From: Macrostomum lignano
Taxonomy: Eukaryota
Length of the DNA stretch: 64,000 nucleotides
Reading direction: 5' to 3'
Assembly: GCA_002269645.1 (NCBI GenBank)
Contig: NIVC01001000.1
Span: forward strand, 248,001 to 312,000
Numbering within the stretch: position 1 is the stretch's first letter; every line of letters starts with the position of its first letter. The position numbers and the translations under genes were made by a program. The notes under the pieces were generated by a model. It saw only the letters and a list, made by a program, of their open reading frames with translations. It searched no databases and had not been told where the DNA came from. Shown here piece by piece: positions 25,201 to 37,600 of the stretch.

Positions 25201-28200
25201 GGGGCGCCAGCACCAAGGGGCGCCAGCACCAAGGGGCGCCAGCACCAAGGGGCGCCAGCACCAAGGGGCGCCAGCACCAAGGGGCGCCAGCACCAAGGGG
25301 CGCCAGCACCAAGGGGCGCCAGCACCAAGGGGCGCCAGCACCAAGGGGCGCCAGCACCAAGAGGCCAAGGGGCGCCAGCACCAAGGGGCTAGTTAACCCA
25401 AAACCACACTGCAGACTAGCCCGACAAACTTATCTATAATTTTCAAACGTCATTTAGCAAGAAATAATTGTAAATGCATAAAGAAACTCACCTGGCAAAC
25501 TGGGACAGGGCACAGCTTCGTTGCAGCTTTGGCTCTGTTGGCCAGTTTCATTTGAGCTGCAGTTCTTCATCGTATCTGGCGCCGGCTTCAACTTCGACGT
25601 GAGGCACTCGCGACTGCGTGTCTGCAGACCACCGGAGCCGCAGGTCTTTGTGCAATCGCTCCAGCTGGACCAACGAGTCCATTGCACCACAGCTGAGCAA
25701 AGAAATATAAATAGCAAATATAATACAAAGCTACAATTTACATATGCGACTAAACTTTGAGTAGATCTTATTTCAAACACTGCTGGTACTTCCTACTCAG
25801 CGCTAAATTCGTTGGATTATTTAAAAAATTATACTTAAACTCGTTTAAGGATTCTAAAAAGCCATATTCTCACTTGATGGGTGATTTCGAATATACCACA
25901 GTTTGACTTGAATCACTTCAAATAAACTATAATTTGACTTGTTGGGTGATTTTTTTAAGAAAAAATTATTTGACTTGAGCGATTTTTAATAAACTATAAA
26001 TTGAACTGTTGGGTCATTTCTAAGAAACTATCATTTGACTGGAGTTATTTCTAAGAAACTAATTTTTTACTTGAGTGATTTCTAAGAAACTATTATTTAA
26101 CTTGAGTGATTTCTAAGAAACTATTATTTGACTTGAGTGATTTCAAGGAAACAATAAATTGAATTCTTTGGGTCCTTTTTAATAAACTATAATCTGCATT
26201 GTCGGGTCGTCTCTAAGCAAATATAATTTGAATTATTGGTCATTTCTAAGAAACCACATTTTCAACTATTAGTGCTTTCTAGGAAATCCAACTTAAATAC
26301 GTTTGGGGTGTACGGGAATTCCAGAAGTCCACGGGACTTGTCGAGCAACATTTTTATGAAACTGTTTTATGCAGTGAGAGAACATATTTCTTATGCTCTA
26401 CTCATAAGCAGTACAAACAGGGCATTTCGTTACTTTTTCAGTTTTTACTCACGTGGACACTCAATCTGATTGCACGCCCGAGTTTCCAACCATTCGCCCG
26501 GGCACAGCAATGTTTTTTGGCCGGCCGGACGCATGTCCGAGTCGCGCAGGCACTCCCGGTTGCGATTGGCAACGCCCTGATTACCGCAGGTGGCCGAGCA
26601 CTCTGACCAGGCCTTCCAGGCCGACCAATGGTAGGTCTCTGTTGGCGTTAATAGTGAATACCCAAGTCGGAGTAATAAACTATTAAACTAGTTAATAATA
26701 ACACAATTTTCTTTATTCACTTCTCAATAACAAGGGGTCGTAGCCTAGTGGTCAGAGCGTCCGACTCACGACTTGAAGGTCGGGGGTTCGATTCCCAATC
26801 CCACTAAAACAATTTGTATCCTTGAGCAAGACACTTAACTCTGCATTGCTTCAGCTTAAAAGCTGTAAAATGGGTGCCAGCATTAGCTGGGGTAATTGAG
26901 GCTGTGTGGCGACCCCCCCAGTCCTTGGACTGAACAGCCGTACGCAGCCTACAGATGCGCCGTGCAATAGCTGCGGCTGAGCTGTCGGTTGCACATCTGG
27001 CCCAATTGGGTCAGGGTTAGGGTGGCCGCAGCTCTGCTACAATTTCTTCTGGTCTGCATCTCCCCAATGAGTTGTTCAACCCGATCAGCGCATACCTTCG
27101 CAAGGTGTGCCGCAGGAGCGACTTTCCACCTCCTTCTCCGACGGATTCAGTACGCTTGATCTGAACCTGAAAGTGCATCAGAAATTTAATGAGATTAACA
27201 CGTAGACGCTTGAGTAACTTTGCAGTAAACTACTTTACATACCAAAGCTACTGCAAGGGGCGCTAAAGCTACTGCAAGGGGGGGGGGCACCAAAGCTACT
27301 GCAAGGGGCGCCAAAGCTACTGCAAGGGGCGCTAAAGCTACTGCAAGGGGGGAGGCACCGAAGCTACTGCAAGGGGCGCCAAAGCTACTGCAAGGGGCGC
27401 CAAAGCTACTGCAAGGGGCGCCAAAGCTACTGCAAGGGGCGCTAAAGCTACTGCAAGGGGGGGGCACCAAAGCTACTGCAAGGGGCGCCAAAGCTACTGC
27501 AAGGGGCGCTAAAGCTACTGCAAGGGGGGAGGCACCGAAGCTACTGCAAGGGGCGCCAAAGCTACTGCAAGGGGCGCCAAAGCTACTGCAAGGGGCGCCA
27601 AAGCTACTGCAAGGGGCGCCAAAGCTACTGCAAGGGGCGCCAAAGCTACTGCAAGGGGGCGCCAAAGCTACCGCAAGGGAGCGCCAAAGCTACTGCAAGG
27701 GGCGCCAAAGCTACTGCAAGGGGCGCCAAAGCTACTGCAAGGGGCGCCAAAGCTGCTGCAAGGGGCGCCAAAGCTACTGCAAGGGGTGCCAGAGCTACTG
27801 CAAGGGGTGCCAGAGCTACTGCAAGGGGTGCCAGAGCTACTGCAAGGGGCGCCAAAGCTATTGCAAGGGGGCGCCAAAGCTACTGCAAGGGGCGCTAAAG
27901 CTACTGCAAGGGGGCGCCAAAGCTACTGCAAGGGAGCGCCAAAGCTACTGCAAGGGGCGCCAAAGCTACTGCAAGGGATGCGCCAAAGCTACTGCAAGGG
28001 GGACCCAAAGCTACTGCAAGAGGGCGCCAAAGCTACTGCACCGGCGCCAAAGCTACTGCAAGGGGGCGCCAAATCTACTGAAAGGGGGCGCCAAATCTAC
28101 TGCAAGGGGGGCGCCAAAGCTACTGAAAGGGGGGCGCCAAAGCTACTGCAAGGGATGCGCCAAAGCTACTGCAAGGGGGACCCAAAGCTACTGCAAGAGG

Positions 28201-28773
28201 GCGCCAAAGCTACTGCACCGGCGCCAAAGCTACTGCAAGGGGGCGCCAAATCTACTGAAAGGGGGCGCCAAATCTACTGCAAGGGGGGCGCCAAAGCTAC
28301 TGAAAGGGGGGCGCCAAAGCTACTCCAAGGGATGCGCCAAAGCTACTGCAAGGGAGCGCCAAAGCTACTGCAAGGGGGGGGGGGCGCCAAAGCTACTGCA
28401 AGGGGGGCGCCAAAGCTACTGAAAGGGGGCGCCAAAGCTACTGCAAGGGGGGCGCCAAAGCTACTGCAAGGGGCGCCAAATCTACTTAAAGGGGGCGCCA
28501 AAGCTACTGCAAGTGATGCAAGGGATGCGCCAAAACTACTTCAAAGAGGGCAATTAAAATTGAAAGGAACCGGAGCGAGTAAAGGAGCACTCACCGAGTC
28601 TGCTTGCCATCGCCGCAGGGCAGACTGCACTTACTCCAGCCGGACCAGTCTGTCTTAGGATTCTCATCGACTCGAGCTGTCTTTCGTTGACCACCGAAAC
28701 AGGCGCTACCGATTCGGCACAGCGAAATTGTCAGCACCAAGACCGACACTGCCGCTGCAAGGTGACGATTCAT
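16300..28773 (-). CDS. TSP1 gene E: predicted secreted protein with signal peptide, 7 TSP1 repeats and 1 FN3 domain (~564 aa, 6 exons)
   Basis: Exons 28773-28595, 27166-27096, 26638-26453, 25692-25492, 17761-17207 and 16802-16300 all have GT-AG boundaries, phases 2,1,1,1,1, and join into one open frame of 1695 nt. WxxWxxWxxCSxTCG..RxRxC motifs occur throughout, and an FN3-like segment (PPMNFTI..LIKW..TYEFWL..VSIST) precedes the last TSP1. Joining exons 4 and 5 across the 7.7-kb intron is inferred from phase compatibility. Confidence 0.75.
16936..17167 (-). mobile_element. SINE family 2 copy in the last intron of gene E
   Basis: Reverse complement of the 5155 element: ...CAGTCCAAGGACTG...CTCTAACCACTAGGCTA. 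Confidence 0.8.
17842..18165. repeat. 45-bp minisatellite (GGGACACTGTTGRGGGCATTGTTCTGTCATTGTTGTGACAGTGTT)n
   Basis: About 7 tandem units. Confidence 0.95.
18990..19763 (-). CDS. Intronless secreted PAN/apple + C-type lectin domain protein (257 aa), nested in intron 4 of gene E
   Basis: Signal-peptide-like N-terminus, PAN-type C..LCSLLC..RPRCQAFS....CQL, and CTLD motifs W..GRQVC, IWLGG, WRWLD, WDSSEPN and terminal LCE. Confidence 0.85.
   Translation of the reverse strand: MKLRFGLEVLLKLQCLLISVTAGSSQCSSQQSFTAVNASLCIRSEFTETPLGSSAAASEGLCSLLCPSRPRCQAFSLARGPCQLFVFDRCSKGVRDCSASCSASGRVFVKQRPGLPPGKLCPPEFDSQRCGIRYRLVNGTAGWQRGRQVCAYQTGLVIMADVLDAEELRFISSQFSGLNIWLGGHQEEGSPEPSGGWRWLDCGLEFDPSLWDSSEPNDGGNIENYILRYSRKTGLVDAPETLSFRTNALCECFSPFD
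20218..20598. repeat. 16-bp minisatellite (GGGGCTTTAGCACCAA)n, ~24 perfect copies, abutting the 5' LTR
   Basis: Read directly. Confidence 0.97.
20599..25164 (+). mobile_element. Ty3/Gypsy LTR retrotransposon (Mag-like single gag-pol ORF) with very short LTRs and a truncated 3' LTR
   Basis: The 5' LTR runs from ~20643 (TG start, preceded by a TTATG expansion from 20599) to 20803 (CA). The PBS TGGTGTCAGAGG is at 20804 and the PPT GAAGAAGGGAGA at 25049-25060. The 3' LTR at 25061-25164 is identical to the first ~100 bp of the 5' LTR. Confidence 0.95.
20885..24973 (+). CDS. Gypsy gag-pol polyprotein with one premature stop at 24539-24541
   Basis: Tandem Cys/His knuckles (CSFCGKKH..SC, CKSCGKQNHFSNVC), protease CDTGADANV, RT (RMPYGI, FIDD), RNase H (VDAS, ELLA, DHKPL) and integrase (H..GH, CIAC, D..SDNG..E) in PR-RT-RH-IN order. 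The same frame continues after TAA as NRGSKERREFGCGEKVWMQ...RSYIV...RRN to the stop at 24973. Confidence 0.93.
25172..25390. repeat. 16-bp minisatellite (GGGGCGCCAGCACCAA)n abutting the truncated 3' LTR
   Basis: About 13 copies, a variant of the array on the other side of the retroelement. Confidence 0.95.
25900..26290. repeat. Degenerate ~28-bp tandem repeat (TTGACTTGAGTGATTTCTAAGAAACTATTAT-like)
   Basis: Recurrent TTTCTAAGAAACTA and TTGACTTGAG motifs. Confidence 0.75.
26733..27012 (+). mobile_element. SINE family 2 copy in intron 2 of gene E
   Basis: GGGGTCGTAGCCTAGTGG..GGTTCGATTCC..CCTTGAGCAAGACACTTAAC..CTGTAAAATGGG. Confidence 0.85.
27240..28525. repeat. 21-22-bp minisatellite (GGGGCGCCAAAGCTACTGCAA)n in intron 1 of gene E
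   Basis: Dozens of units, and the source of the 290-aa periodic ORF. Confidence 0.95.
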
Positions 28774-29277
28774 TTGTCGAAAAACTTCGGCGGCGATCTG
28801 ATAGATCTACCAATGGTTAGTTTTAATGTTTAACTTAAATATCAGAGGCACAATATTGCAGTTATATAGGCCTGTATTTGCGTCTTTCTTCCAGATAGGT
28901 AAACAAAACAGGGTCTGGCATGGGTTGCTTGTGTGTTGAAGCCCTGTGGGGAAGTTATCAAGATAAGCGAGAAAGCGGCCAAGCCGAAAAGTGGCTCCTG
29001 CAGTCACAGTTATAAGTATAAGAATAATTTGAACTGCAGTAGTAGCTTTGCATTGGTTATCTTTATTGCTTTAACCAGCATAAAAGCATCTAGTATTACT
29101 ATCGCTAGCAGGCTTAAGACTGTGGTGAAATAATCTTGTCTTAAAAAAAGGAGTTAATATCGTACAGCAATTAGTTCAACACCATGCCTGACATGCATGG
29201 CCTACTTTGCAAAATATACTTCCACATTAAAGCCAGCTTTTGTACATCAGTGCCGTGATTTGAGCGTTTGTAGTTGA

Positions 29278-29598
29278 CTGCTGCTTAGTAGGTAGCCGAG
29301 TGTGTACAATCTGCTAAGCGGCCCAGGCTCATTTTCAAGTGCAGTCAAATTAATTTCGGGGCTAAATTGGTATCTCGGCTTGGCTCGGCTCGCGTAATTA
29401 ACGGCCTTGATGGCCAACCCCCAAGGCACAGTGAAGTGTACATGCCTAACGATAAAATAAAGTTAGGACTGCTGTACACTCCTGTGTGAGTGTATGCCTG
29501 CTCAGGGGAGTCGGCATAATGTCAGCAATGCCTCTCGCCGGTTGTGTGTGACAATGTCGCTTAAAGTGCGCCAGGGTGCACGCAACCCCTGCCTCTAA
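29278..29598 (+). mobile_element. SINE family 1 copy
   Basis: Shares the body GCGGCCCAGGCTC..AATTAACGGCCTTG..TTAAAGTGCGCCAGGG. Confidence 0.8.
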
Positions 29599-29606
29599 TA
29601 AAAAAT

Positions 29607-29882
29607 TTACCCAGCAACATGGAAAAGTCGCCATCACAGAAGATTCCGTCTGTGGACGCCAATTTTGAGAGCGCAGGTGAAGTCTCTCAATCTTTGCGAG
29701 TGACGCAACTTAACTACGCCTGGGCAGACTTGAGTTGAGGAATGAAGTGAAGGGAGCGGTGTGAGGGTTGGACGGATTAAAGCTACCCCGATCAGTTTTC
29801 TCGCGTCTTTTATTTCAGAATAGTCCAAGAGAAATTGCTCACTGGCGCATAGAGTGGCGGCTTTTCAGTGTTGCTGAGTATG
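29607..29882. mobile_element. ~275-bp MITE sharing both ends with the MULE remnant at 39619-40670
   Basis: CAGCAACATGGAAAAGTCGCCATCACAGAAGATTCCGTCTGTGG matches the reverse complement of 40623-40667. AGAAATTGCTCACTGGCGCATAGAGT..TGTTGCTGAGTAT matches the reverse complement of 39618-39668. Confidence 0.75.
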
Positions 29883-30274
29883 ACTCACTGAGAACAGACT
29901 TACCATATTCCGTGTATGCTTGGGACAAAGACCACTAGAAGTTATACCGAATTCTTTTCGATACAGCATTTAACTTCTTGTGTCTCTTGGCGTTTAATTT
30001 CCTGTACAAAAACATGGTTGAACGTTTTTTAAAAGTCTGGAGTTTCCAGTAATTAACTTTTTTATTGAAACCTTGTTCGCTTTAAAAAGTAAATTATATA
30101 CTTTTTATTCAGAAACTTGCTTATTTTTGGAATCCGATAGACGTATAAAATTGCTTCTGTTTCTCTCGGCAATTTCTGAGAAGTTTAGCAGAACTTGCAA
30201 ATGGTAGCTAGAGAAACAATTTCAGTATTTTTAAGCAAGCAGACACCGCTACTACGTGTCGTAATGTCGGAATC

Positions 30275-30505
30275 TCGGCTTGGCTCTGCTCTTGCAATTA
30301 ACGCCATTGAAGGCCAACCCCCAAGGCACAGTGAAGTGTACATGTCTAACATGAAAAAAAGTTAAGGCCGCTGTGCACTCCTGTGTGAGTGTGTGCCTGT
30401 GCGTATGACTGCGTACGTATCCGCGCTTGTGTGCCTGCTTAGGGGAGTCAGCGGAATGGGAAGTAATGCCTCTCGTCGGTTGTGCGACAATGTCACTTCT
30501 CCCCC
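30275..30505 (+). mobile_element. SINE family 1, 5'-truncated copy
   Basis: Body match from GGAATCTCGGCTTGGCTC to GACAATGTCACTT. Confidence 0.75.
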
Positions 30506-30987
30506 CCCCTTAATGTATGTTGCGAACTTGTTGTCTATGGCCAAAACCTTACAAACCCGACATAAAGAAAATCAGAAGCTTTTTTCACGTTGAGATTTTC
30601 TCAAAAACAGAACCTTTTATTTTTATTTAAAAACGTCGTTAGCTAGACAGGGACGACTTCTATGTATTAGAGCACATGTTTTGTATATAAGCCACAAAGC
30701 GGTTTATAACTTGAATACTACGTATAAAAAAAAATAGCTTAAAGTATATAAAAAGCTTAGCACGGTTGCCTAATGCACTCGTACGCTCGTATATGCATCG
30801 TATATGGATGGGCTGTGTGTATCGATTTCTAAAGTTAGATACTCTTACAACACCAACTCTCTTTACCATAGAGATCGCCACCACTTTAATGGCAGTATTT
30901 AGTTTAACAAAAACTCGATATCGAAATTCAGGCCATTAGGACTCACTCTACCAGACTTCAAACGCAATTGCATCGTACACAGCAAGC

Positions 30988-33375
30988 ATGCAGCCACAGA
31001 ATCATCATCATCAAGGATCTGGTAGTCTAAACGAACACGAAAAAAGTTCAAATTTAACTTCGACTCCGGTTATAACAAAGTCATCTGTAGATAAAGTTCC
31101 TGTCATAGTCGTTCTGATGGGGTCCCTAATTATGCTGATATTTCTCTTAGTCAATGTGCCGTGCATTGTACTGCAGAGAGGCCTGTTTTGCGTTACCGGC
31201 AATTCTAGCAGATTCGAATGGACCCCTTGGGGCAACTGCAGCGCTACCTGCTCCGAGCAGACAGGCATCCAAATCCGGTGAGTGCTCCTAATTTTAACTG
31301 AACTCCTTGCAACTCGTAGGTTTTTTGTCAAATACAGCAACAAAAACATGGCAAAATACTTCTGTCATGGGAGCAGATATTAATGTACCTCGGGAACGTC
31401 GAGAACCAGGTGGACGACCTCGCGGAATTTCCGTCGCATTTTCGTCACTTCCTCGGTACAACATTGCAGAGTCAATATCTTCATCACAGTTGACTCTTTG
31501 TTAGTAGGAGGACAAAACAGTTCACTTTGGGCTTGATCTTCTCTTTGCTTGAAGGCCCAAGCTTTGTAAAAAAATCATTAGTAATTAGACCATTGTCGTG
31601 GTCTAATAGATCCTTGAACAGAAATGAAACGCTCACTGTGCAAGCTTGGATGCTTGTGTAAATCGCAAGACAACCTCCCGGCGGCCAATTTGAACATGGC
31701 CGCGACAGTCTGACGCGTTTACTGCTTTCCTTCATTATCGAGTCCTATACTAATTTTTCAGTCGCCGTTTAACATACTATGGTAGTCCAGCCGCTGTGGA
31801 CACACGGAAGTGCAAATGGACAGCGGACACGTGTGATGCGAACAATGGACATAAGAGTAAGGATGTTTGAGCCTTTTATTGTTACTTGAAGTGCGTGGTC
31901 TTCGACTCTACAGTTGTCTTCGATTTAAATGATAGATATCAATAATTTCAACTTGAAGCCAAATTAAAATTATTTTTCTTCTATTAGACTAAATTTGAAC
32001 ACAATGAGGTACAAATATGCGTTGCTATATAACCTAACGAACTAGAAAATTAGATAGATTGGTGATGCATGTCGATTCTAAAAAATTCTAATATATTGTT
32101 TTCGTTATACTTTGCCCGCAGAAGGCCATTCTACACAAAATAGTACTTGTAAGTGTTGTCATCCCAATTTTATTGACTTTTGCTTGCCAGATAATTAGTC
32201 TTCAACTCATACCGTTAATCATCCTGCACACCGGCACACCCAATGTGACGCTCCTGACACCCCCAGTGTGACGCTCCTGACACCCCCAGTGTGACGCTCC
32301 TGACACGCCCAGTGTGACGCTCCTGACAACCAATGTGACGCTCCTGACACCCCCAGTGTGATGCTCCTGACACCCCCAGTGTGACGCTCCTGACAACCAA
32401 TGTGACGCTCCTGACACCCCCAGTGTTTGACGCTCCTGAGACACTCAATGTGACGCTGCTGACATACTCAATGTGACGCTCCTGACACACCCAGTGTGAC
32501 GCTCCTGACACCCCCAGTGTGACGCTCCTGACACCCCCAGTGTGACGCTCCTGACACCCCCAGTGTGACGCTCCTGACAACCAATGTGACGCTCCTGACA
32601 CCCCCAGTGTGACGCTCCTGACACCCCCAGTGTGACGCTCCTGACACCCCCAGTGTGACGCTCCTGACACCCCCAGTGTGACGCTCCTGACAACCAATGT
32701 GACGCTCCTGACACCCCCAGTGTTTGACGCTCCTGAGACACTCAATGTGACGCTCCTGACACACCCAGTGTGACGCTCCTGACACCCCCAGTGTGACGCT
32801 CCTGACACCCCCAGTGTGACGCTCCTGACACCCCCAATGTGACGCTACTGACACACCCAATCTGACGCTCCTGACAACCAATGTGACGCTCCTGACACAC
32901 CCAATGTGACGCTCCTGACCCACTCAATGTGACGCTTCTGACACACCCAATGTGACGTTTCTGACAACCAATGTAAAGCTTCTGACGCACCCAATGTGAC
33001 GTTTCTGACAACCAATGTGACGCTCCTGACACACCCAATGTGACGCTCCTGACCCACTCAATGTGACGCTTCTGACACACCCAATGTGACGTTTCTGACA
33101 ACCAATGTAAAGCTTCTGACGCACCCAATGTGACGTTTCTGACAACCAATGTGACGCTCCTGACACACCCAATATTACACTCCTGACACCCCCAATGACA
33201 CGTTGAACTTTCAGTCGCCTGGACCAGCTGGGGGCTTTGGACGCTGTGCCGCGAGAACCCGTGGACAAAGCAAATCTATCGCATTCGACGGTGTCAAAGT
33301 TCCATAACAACAAAAATAGTGAATGTGTCGCATTGTCCGGGGAAATTCTATCATATAAAAAGTTGCAAACCTTAA
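30988..33375 (+). CDS. TSP1 gene A: predicted type II membrane protein with 2 TSP1 repeats (181 aa, 3 exons)
   Basis: Exons 30988-31277, 31762-31856 and 33215-33375 are GT-AG with phases 2,1 and total 546 nt in one open frame. Hydrophobic segment VPVIVVLMGSLIMLIFLLV, then NVPCIVLQRGLFC, EWTPWGNCSATC..IR|RR..TRKC..C, and a terminal AWTSWGLWTLC..RIRRC..HCPG..SCKP*. Confidence 0.85.
32225..33195. repeat. 21-23-bp minisatellite (GTGACGCTCCTGACACCCCCAGT)n in intron 2 of gene A
   Basis: Tandem units that share the core CTCCTGACACCCC with the 2.3-3.8 kb arrays. Confidence 0.95.
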
Positions 33376-33669
33376 CGAACTGTGACTTATTTAATATGAT
33401 ATAGTAATAAGATTGCCCAGGCTACACGTAAAAATCGAAGTTATAAAATACGAGCCTCTACAATGCCTATAAACCGGCATAATTGCTTTCAAGTATCAAT
33501 AAATGCATTGTATGACCTCTAAATCGGGTCCCTAATCTAAAAAAGCTTTCTGTTTTAACTGAGACTACTTTTATCATTCTCTAGTAAACTAAGCGCATAG
33601 ATATGAATGCCAACAATATTAAAATATAGCGCAAAAATATACTAAAACTATTTTGACAAAGTGCACAAT

Positions 33670-34450
33670 TCATCTTAGATATAGCGCCAAGAACATCTCA
33701 GATATAGCGCCACAATCATGTTAGATATAGCGCCAAGAAAATTTCAGATGTAGCGCTACATTCATCTTAGATATAGTGCCACAATCATCTTAGATATAGC
33801 GCCAAGAAAATCTCAGATATAGCGCCACAGTCATCTTAGATATAGCGCCACAATCATCTTAGATATAGCGCCACAATCTTCTTAGATATAGCGCCACAAT
33901 CATCTTAGATACAGCGCCACAATCATCTTAGATACAGCGCCACAATCATCTTAGATATAGCGCCACAATCATCTTAGATATAGCGCCACAATCATCTTAA
34001 ATATAGCGCCACAATCATCTTAGATATAGCGCCACAATCCTCTTAGATATAGCGCCACAATCTTCTTAGATATAGCGCCACAATCATCTTAGATATAGCG
34101 CCACAATCCTCTTAGATATAGCGCCACAATCATCTTAGATATAGCGCCACAATCATCTTAGATATAGCGCCACAATCATCTTAGATATAGCGCCACAATC
34201 ATCTTAGATATAGCGCCACAATCATCTTAGATATAGCGCCACAATCATCTTAGATATAGCGCCACAATCATCTTAGATATAGCGCCACAATCATCTTAGA
34301 TATAGCGCCACAATCATCTTAGATATAGCGCCACAATCCTCTTAGATATAGCGCCACAATCATCTTAGATATAGCCCCAAGATCATCTTAGATAAAGCGT
34401 CACACTAATCTTAGATATAGCGCCACAATGATCTTAGATACGGCGCCAGA
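33670..34450. repeat. 23-bp minisatellite (AGATATAGCGCCACAATCATCTT)n between genes A and B
   Basis: More than 30 units. Confidence 0.95.
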
Positions 34451-34607
34451 ATCAAATTGCTATGCATTGTAACGTTAAGCAATTGTCTTTCGAATTTGTC
34501 TATGTCAAAAACTCAGAAAGTGACGACTAAAGAAAGTTGAGAAGTTATAAATATTTCAGAAGTTAGATAATACACTAAATTGTAGGACGTCATCAATTCG
34601 GTCTTTA

Positions 34608-37600
34608 ATGGAAAAAGAAAGAACTGCTCAGGTTGAAGCTTCCAGTGGCAGGAAAACTGACAAAGCAATTCCAAAAACTGTGCTAATACAGGCGAATACT
34701 GTTTCGATTGGTTATTTAATCTGCAGTGTTTCTATTCCTTTAACTATGTTATGCGTTGCTAACATCAACACGGCTTGTATAGCTCTACAGAGAGGCCTGT
34801 TCTGCACTGCCAGCAAGTCTACCGGCTCTTTTGAGTGGACCCAGTGGACCAGTTGCAGTCTGAGTTGCGGCAGTCAGCAAAATCGGTGAATAAATTACAA
34901 TTCTTAGCTATCGATTCATCTTAGATGACCTGTTTTTACCTTTTTTAACACGGGAACTAACTTGGATATTGTCTGAAATGGCTCTGTCTGGATAGTGCTT
35001 GGCTGTTGTTTTTGCAGAACACCTCAATGGTTCTCATATTGTATCTCGTTGGAGTTCTTTGAGAGGGTCTGGGGCATGTTTTTGAATTGTGTTTTGATGG
35101 TGTTCTTGGATGGTGCCTGGGTGGTGTTCTTAGATTCTTAGATGTTGTCTGGATGATGTTCCTGGATGGTGCCTGGATGATGTTCCTAGATGGTGCTTGG
35201 ATGATGTTCCTAGATGGTGCTTGGATGATGTTCCTAGATGGTGCCTGGATGATGTTCCTAAATGGTGCCTGGATGATGTTCCTAGATGGTGCCTGGATGA
35301 TGTTCCTAGATGGTGCCTGGATGATGTTCCTAGATGGTGCCTGGATGATGTTCCTGTTGAGAGCCTTGTCAGTGCTCTTGAAAGATGCCTTGATTATATT
35401 TTGGGAAGGAGCCTGAATGGTGTGGTGCCGGCATGCTTGAAGCTTACAAATGATGTAAACTACATTATCAGCGTATGCGTTGAAAACATATCCAGCTCTC
35501 GACCAGCTGGTTCCAACAGGCCTGCCGAAGTTGAGACTCGGCCCTGTCCAACAGAGAATAGCACTCTGTGCAAGTTTGCCAGTGGTAAGTTGGATTGTGT
35601 CTGGTTGTTTAAGAGAGAATTAGCGAACAAGCAACATTAAACTCGCTTCTATTTGACTCTCAAAAATAGGTTTCCAATGGACGGACTGGTCATCTTGGAC
35701 ACCGTGCAGCAAGTCCTGTATTGAAGGCGTACAACAGCGAACCAGAAGCTGCCAAGACACTTCAACAAGTCGGCTAATGAGAAATGACCCCAGCAAGTGT
35801 TTATCAGGCACGGCAATTGAAACTCAAAGCTGTAATGTTGGTACACCGTGCGGAAATGGTAAGTGGCTTTCACATGGTCACATCTGGGGAGCTTTAGGAC
35901 ACAATACCGAAAATCAAGGTGACAAAATCAAAACAGACAAGCCTTTTTATTGGCTTCTAAGCGTAGTAGAAAACTTGAGCAAGGTCACCCAGTGATGTAC
36001 AGCGACCCTGATGTTTCCATCGCCATTAAGTTGTACATCATTTCTGCTTTTGGTGTCTGGCAATTATGAGCGTGGATAAAACATTATAGTTTATAGGAGC
36101 GCCAGAATGTAGCTGACAAGGGCGCCAGATTGTAGCTGATAGTAGCACCAGACTGTAGCTGATAATAGCGCCAGATTGTAGTTAATAGTAGCGTCAGACT
36201 GTAGCTTATAGGAGTGCTAGACTGTAGCTTATAGGAGTGCTATACTGTAGCTTATTGGAGTGCTATACTGTAGCTTATAGGAGTGCTAGACTGTAGCTTA
36301 TAGGAGTGCCAGACCGTAGCTTATAGGAGTGCTAGACTGTAGCTTATAGGAGTGCCAGACTGTAGCTTATAGGAGTGCCAGACTGTAGCTTAAAGGAGTG
36401 CCAGACTGTAGCTTATAGGAGTGCCAGACTGTAGCTTATGGGAGTGCCAGACTGTAGCTTATAGGAGTGCTAGACTGTAGCTTATAGGAGTGCCAGACCG
36501 TAGCTTATAGGAGTGCCAGACTGTAGCTTATAGGAGTGTCAGACTGTAGCTTATAGGAGTGCCAGACTGTAGCTTATAGGAGTGCTACACTGTAGCTTAT
36601 AGGAGTGCCAGACTGTAGCTTAAAGGAGTGCCAGACTGTAGCTTATGGGAGTGCTAGACTGTAGCTTATAGGAGTGCTAGACTGTAGCTTATAGGAGTGC
36701 CAGACTGTAGCTTATAGGAGTGCTAGACTGTAGCTTATAGGAGTGCCAGACTGTAGCTTATAGGAGTGCCAGACTGTAGCTTATAGGAGTGCCAGACTGT
36801 AGCTTATAGGAGTGCCAGACTGTAGCTTATAGGAGTGCTAGACTGTAGCTTAAAGGAGTGCCAGACTGTAGCTTATAGGAGTGCTAGACTGTAGCTTATA
36901 GGAGTGCTAGACTGTAGCTTATAGGAGTGCCAGACTGTAGCTTATAGGAGTGCCAGACTGTAGCTTACAGGAGTGCCAGACTGTAGCTTATAGGAGTGCC
37001 AGACTGTAGCTTATGGGAGTGCCAGACTGTAGCTTATAGGAGTGCTAGACTGTAGCTTATAGGAGTGCTAGACTGTAGCTTATGGGAGTGCCAGACTGTA
37101 GCTTATAGGAGTGCCAGACTGTAGCTTATGGGAGTGCTAGACTGTAGCTTATAGGAGTGCCAGACTGTAGCTTATGTGAGTGCCAGACTGTAGCTTATGG
37201 GAGTGCTAGACTGTAGCTTATAGGAGTGCCAGACTGTAGCTTATAGGAGTGCTAGACTGTAGCTTATAGGAGTGCCAGACCGTAGCTTATGGGAGTGCCA
37301 GACTGTAGCTTATAGGAGTGCTAGACTGTAGCTTATAGGAGTGCCAGACCGTAGCTTATAGGAGTGCCAGACTGTAGCTTATAGGAGTGCTAGACTGTAG
37401 CTTAAAGGAGTGCCAGACTGTAGCTTATAGGAGTGCTAGACTGTAGCTTATAGGAGTGCTAGACTGTAGCTTATAGGAGTGCCAGACTGTAGCTTATAGG
37501 AGTGCCAGACTGTAGCTTACAGGAGTGCCAGACTGTAGCTTATAGGAGTGCCAGACTGTAGCTTATGGGAGTGCCAGACTGTAGCTTATAGGAGTGCTAG

